From Opitutales bacterium (GTDB lineage Bacteria; Verrucomicrobiota; Verrucomicrobiia; Opitutales; PNEW01): a DNA stretch of 64,000 bases. Location of the stretch: positions 480,001 through 544,000 of the forward strand of contig CBDANS010000006.1 of the NCBI GenBank assembly GCA_965197745.1. Reading direction: 5' to 3'. Positions 60,616-64,000 of this stretch are shown here, one piece after another. The notes below the pieces were generated by a model. The model did not search any database. It was given only the letters and a program-made list of their open reading frames with translations, and had not been told where the DNA came from. Both the position numbers and the translations under genes were made by a program. The first letter of the stretch is position 1. Each line of letters starts with the position of its first letter.

Positions 60616-62292
60616 ATGATAAATCCTTCTATATCTTTCTGGATAGACTTGGGAAATCATTTATGGCAGGTCACATTGTTTGGTCTCTTCATTATTGGGC
60701 TGATATATTCATTAAAAAGATTACCTGCACGTATTCGATTTTATATTGGATGGATTGGTTTGATAAAATTTATCCTTCCGTCAGCTCTTTTTCTTTTAGT
60801 GCTAGGCGATGTAGTTCGATCCGCTTTTACTTCAAATACAGTATTAACAGAGTCGATCTTGCCATTTAGCGCTAAAATTTCTGAGCCATTATATCTTTTT
60901 AAAAGTTCCGATTTCGTAACGATCGAAACCCATTTTCCTTATGAAATCATTCTTATTTTATTAGGATCTATATGGGTATCAATTTCATTGGCTCTGTTCA
61001 TCTTTTGGCAATTCAAGGTCCATCAATTGTATAGTCATATAAAAGAAAATGCAGTACCTGTTTCAAATTCCATTTCCATTAAAGTAGACAACCTCAAAGA
61101 CTTTTTAGGACTTAAATGTCATGTAAGCTCTCTAATTGCAGACAAGAAGATTGAAACGGGAGTATTTGGTATATTTCGACCAAAGCTGGTTTTAACACGA
61201 GAGCTATTAATGGAGTTCACAGATGAGGAGTTAGATACGATTCTCATCCATGAGTTAATTCACATAAAGCATTGGGATAATCTCTGGGCTCATTTACAGG
61301 TGATTATATTATGTTTATTCTGGTTTCATCCTCTTGTGTGGTGGTTGAACCGACGTATAACTATCGAGTGCGAAAAAGCCTGCGACGAAGCAGTAATCAA
61401 ATATTCCGGGGGAAAGAAAGCGTACGCGTCAGCCATTTATAAAGTTTTTCAGCTCCACTTCGGCTTGAACGTCTACGGATATTCAGGAATTACACAAACA
61501 GGACTAAAAAATCGAATTCAATCTATCTTGAACTTGGAAGCATCTGAAATCTCAATGGCAAAATACCGGTCAGTTATTGTCTTTGTATTAATACTAATAC
61601 TATTGGGGATCAGTATTATTGCGGGGGGGATGTCACCCTTTATCAAAGAATCTCCATCAAAAACAATGACAAACCAATTACCCCATGAGATAGTGGAAGA
61701 AATTGCGACCGAAAATTTAATTACAGAGAGTGAAAGCGCAAATGAGACTGTTTATATAAACCAAATTTTAAATAAGAAGCCCAGGGAAACTATTCCTCAT
61801 ACTTTCTACGTGGAATTAGAAAATTATCTCAGAGTTTTAGATTTTGAGAGAGATAGGATTAACAGGGCGATAAATGATTTAAGAGACTTAAATCATGTAA
61901 ATCCTTCCTATGAAACTATTAACGTCGAGCGGTCACAAATTGGCATGATCGTTGATGTATTAGTACGATTCGACGACTACAGTAATTATCCGCGGGTTAG
62001 AAAAAGTTTTGAACGCGTACAATTCGCGGTGGTTGAAGGGAAATCTGGAAAGTACAAGGATCTAGAACAGATAAGTTTTCCCTATAACATTGAATCGAAT
62101 ATTAAACCACAGGTTAGGAAAAGTTATTTGGGAGAAAATATCTGGATTGGATCATCGATCGCCGTATTTAAAAATAAAACTGCAAAACGAAAAATAAAAT
62201 CTCTAATCATGGCTCTTAATGAAATTGATATAAAAGAAAGAGAAAAATTTCAGGAATTAAGAGATCTAAAAGAGTCGTCCACTAAAAGTTGA
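60616..62292 (+). CDS. BlaR1-like M56 metallopeptidase
   Basis: NHLWQ, GIFRPKL, HELIHIKHWD, FWFHPLVW, EKACD. Confidence 0.9.
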   Translation: MINPSISFWIDLGNHLWQVTLFGLFIIGLIYSLKRLPARIRFYIGWIGLIKFILPSALFLLVLGDVVRSAFTSNTVLTESILPFSAKISEPLYLFKSSDFVTIETHFPYEIILILLGSIWVSISLALFIFWQFKVHQLYSHIKENAVPVSNSISIKVDNLKDFLGLKCHVSSLIADKKIETGVFGIFRPKLVLTRELLMEFTDEELDTILIHELIHIKHWDNLWAHLQVIILCLFWFHPLVWWLNRRITIECEKACDEAVIKYSGGKKAYASAIYKVFQLHFGLNVYGYSGITQTGLKNRIQSILNLEASEISMAKYRSVIVFVLILILLGISIIAGGMSPFIKESPSKTMTNQLPHEIVEEIATENLITESESANETVYINQILNKKPRETIPHTFYVELENYLRVLDFERDRINRAINDLRDLNHVNPSYETINVERSQIGMIVDVLVRFDDYSNYPRVRKSFERVQFAVVEGKSGKYKDLEQISFPYNIESNIKPQVRKSYLGENIWIGSSIAVFKNKTAKRKIKSLIMALNEIDIKEREKFQELRDLKESSTKS

Positions 62293-62336
62293 TAAAAAAT
62301 TCTCCAAAATCTAACACCACATTACACTTAAACAAT

Positions 62337-62978
62337 ATGAAATACCTGAATGTCATTATCGCGCTTACAATTATTGCTTGTATTAATTCTGTATTCAGCT
62401 CTGAAGGGGGAGAGATAAACAAAAAAGAAGCTATCATAGAAAAGCTTACTATAGATAATAAACATGGATGTGGTCCTAGTATTAGCGATGGAGAGAGAAT
62501 AGTAATCGAAAAAATAAAGCAGTTAGTTGAAGCAAAAGAATATATTCAAGCGCTTCAAATTCTTGAAAAAGCGATAACGGATGAATCAAGTCCGGCATTA
62601 TTTATTGTTAAAGGAAATGTATACATTAAAGATGGCGAGTTCGAAAAAGCCGCTATTGAATTAGAAAAAACTTTAGATATATATCCGAACTACTTACTCG
62701 TTCAAAAAACTTTAGGGTTTCTTTATACAAGGATGGAGAAATTTGATAAAGCACGTAAGCATTTGTTAAGGGCAATCGAACTCGGAGGTGAAGACGGCCG
62801 TTTGTATGGATTAGTTGGTTATACTTACCAATTAGATGAGGAATGGTTTATAGCAGAAATGTTTTTCCGTGAAGCTTATAAAAGGGATTCTGTGGAACCA
62901 GAATGGAAGGATTCCCTGAACAGGGTAATAGAAGAACAAAATAAGGTAAGAAGTGTAAGGCAAAATATGTCAGGTTAA
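62337..62978 (+). CDS. Tetratricopeptide repeat exported protein
   Basis: Signal peptide from ATG at 62337; TPR-like helical repeats. Confidence 0.78.
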   Translation: MKYLNVIIALTIIACINSVFSSEGGEINKKEAIIEKLTIDNKHGCGPSISDGERIVIEKIKQLVEAKEYIQALQILEKAITDESSPALFIVKGNVYIKDGEFEKAAIELEKTLDIYPNYLLVQKTLGFLYTRMEKFDKARKHLLRAIELGGEDGRLYGLVGYTYQLDEEWFIAEMFFREAYKRDSVEPEWKDSLNRVIEEQNKVRSVRQNMSG

Positions 62979-63212
62979 AATGAAGATTAATAAATTTGAT
63001 CTAATAATATGTCTAACCAGCTGCACTACGTTAATCCTGTCCGTCGATTTTACATATCAAAAGCGTGATATTTAATGAGATTCAAAACGACCGGCAGATC
63101 TTCTTCTTTAACCTCAATTAATTCAACGTTCCTCGATTAGTGCACAGCATGGGATAAATACGATCAGATTTAAGTTTATTAATGGCTTTAAGTAATCAAT
63201 ACTCATCATAAC

Positions 63213-63892
63213 ATGAATAATAATTCTCTTATACAGTTAGATAATATATCCAAAGTTTTTTTTACAGACGAACTGGAAACACATGCCCTCTCGGGCATTG
63301 ATCTAAACATTATCACCGGTGAGTTTGTCTCTATCAATGGTCCCTCGGGTTGTGGAAAGTCTACGTTCTTGTCCATTCTTGGACTACTAGATTCACCCAC
63401 TGAGGGTAATTATACCCTGTCTGACAAAGCAGTTGCTAACCTCACCGAGGATGAACGAGCCCGTATTCGAAATCGCGAAATCGGTTTTATATTTCAAAGT
63501 TTTAATCTTATTGGAGACCTCAGTGTATACGAAAATGTGGAACTTCCTCTGACTTACCGCGGGATGAGATCATCTGATCGAAAAGCGTGCGTTAATGAAG
63601 CCCTGGATAAAGTAGACATGTTCCGAGTCAGCTATCCGGTGGCCAACAACAGAGGGTAGCCGTTGCCCGTGCGCTAGCAGGTGAACCAAGAATCCTCCTA
63701 GCCGACGAACCGACCGGAAATCTCGATTCAAGTAATGGTAAAACGGTCATGGAATTGCTTAAAAGATTAAACGATGAAGGTGCTACAATATGCATGGTAA
63801 CACACAACGAAGATTACATCTCTTATGCATCTAAAGTTGTCCATCTTTTTGATGGTAAAATTGTAGACGGAGCTGCTAAACAGACGGTCTAA
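63213..63892 (+). pseudogene. ABC transporter ATP-binding protein (LolD/MacB type), frameshifted
   Basis: GPSGCGKST; after VDM the frame shifts to [18 protein letters not shown]...ADEPTGNLD...VTHN, stop at 63892. Confidence 0.88.
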
Positions 63893-63910
63893 CAGGAACC
63901 ACTACCCCAA

Positions 63911-64000
63911 ATGATGCGAAACATCCTTCAGGATATAGTTTTCGGACTACGCATGTTGAAACAGAATATAGGTGTTTCAGTCATAGCTGTGCTTGCGTTA
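63911..64000 (+). CDS. ABC transporter permease (MacB-like), partial
   Basis: MMRNILQDIVFGLRMLKQNIGVSVIAVLAL; follows the ABC ATPase. Confidence 0.75.
   Translation, partial: MMRNILQDIVFGLRMLKQNIGVSVIAVLAL

Noticed and set aside
42097..63030. Additional attC sites suggested by RYYYAAC after stops (near 42097, 53335 on the minus strand, 63011)
   Set aside because: No convincing complementary L'/R' halves.

Overview
Bacterial chromosomal window, probably Verrucomicrobiota/Opitutales-like (inference from the ribB-ribH-nusB-ftsY-aroB order, a TIGR03790-type protein and dapL). 1-34.7 kb is housekeeping DNA (riboflavin, NAD, pantothenate and DAP genes, infC, clpP, hopanoid-associated genes). Its intergenic spaces hold several families of short palindromic or periodic repeats and one IS481. 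From tRNA-Leu(TAA) at 34743 onward the window is an accessory island. Two observations stand out. (1) From about 35 to 52 kb, unrelated single genes alternate with GGGTCAG...CTGACCC-ended REP/REPIN-like elements, four of which look like internally deleted RAYT (Y1 HUH transposase) loci. This gives an integron-like cassette array with no integrase in view, and two IS4 copies have inserted at the same site of these elements. (2) A family of 16-43 bp micro-insertions built from GCGAAGC mini-hairpins sits at homologous codons of conserved motifs in three IS3 transposase genes, including a divergent IS3 lineage. The inserts are far more conserved than the coding DNA between them. All calls come from reading the sequence and recognising motifs; no database searches were run.
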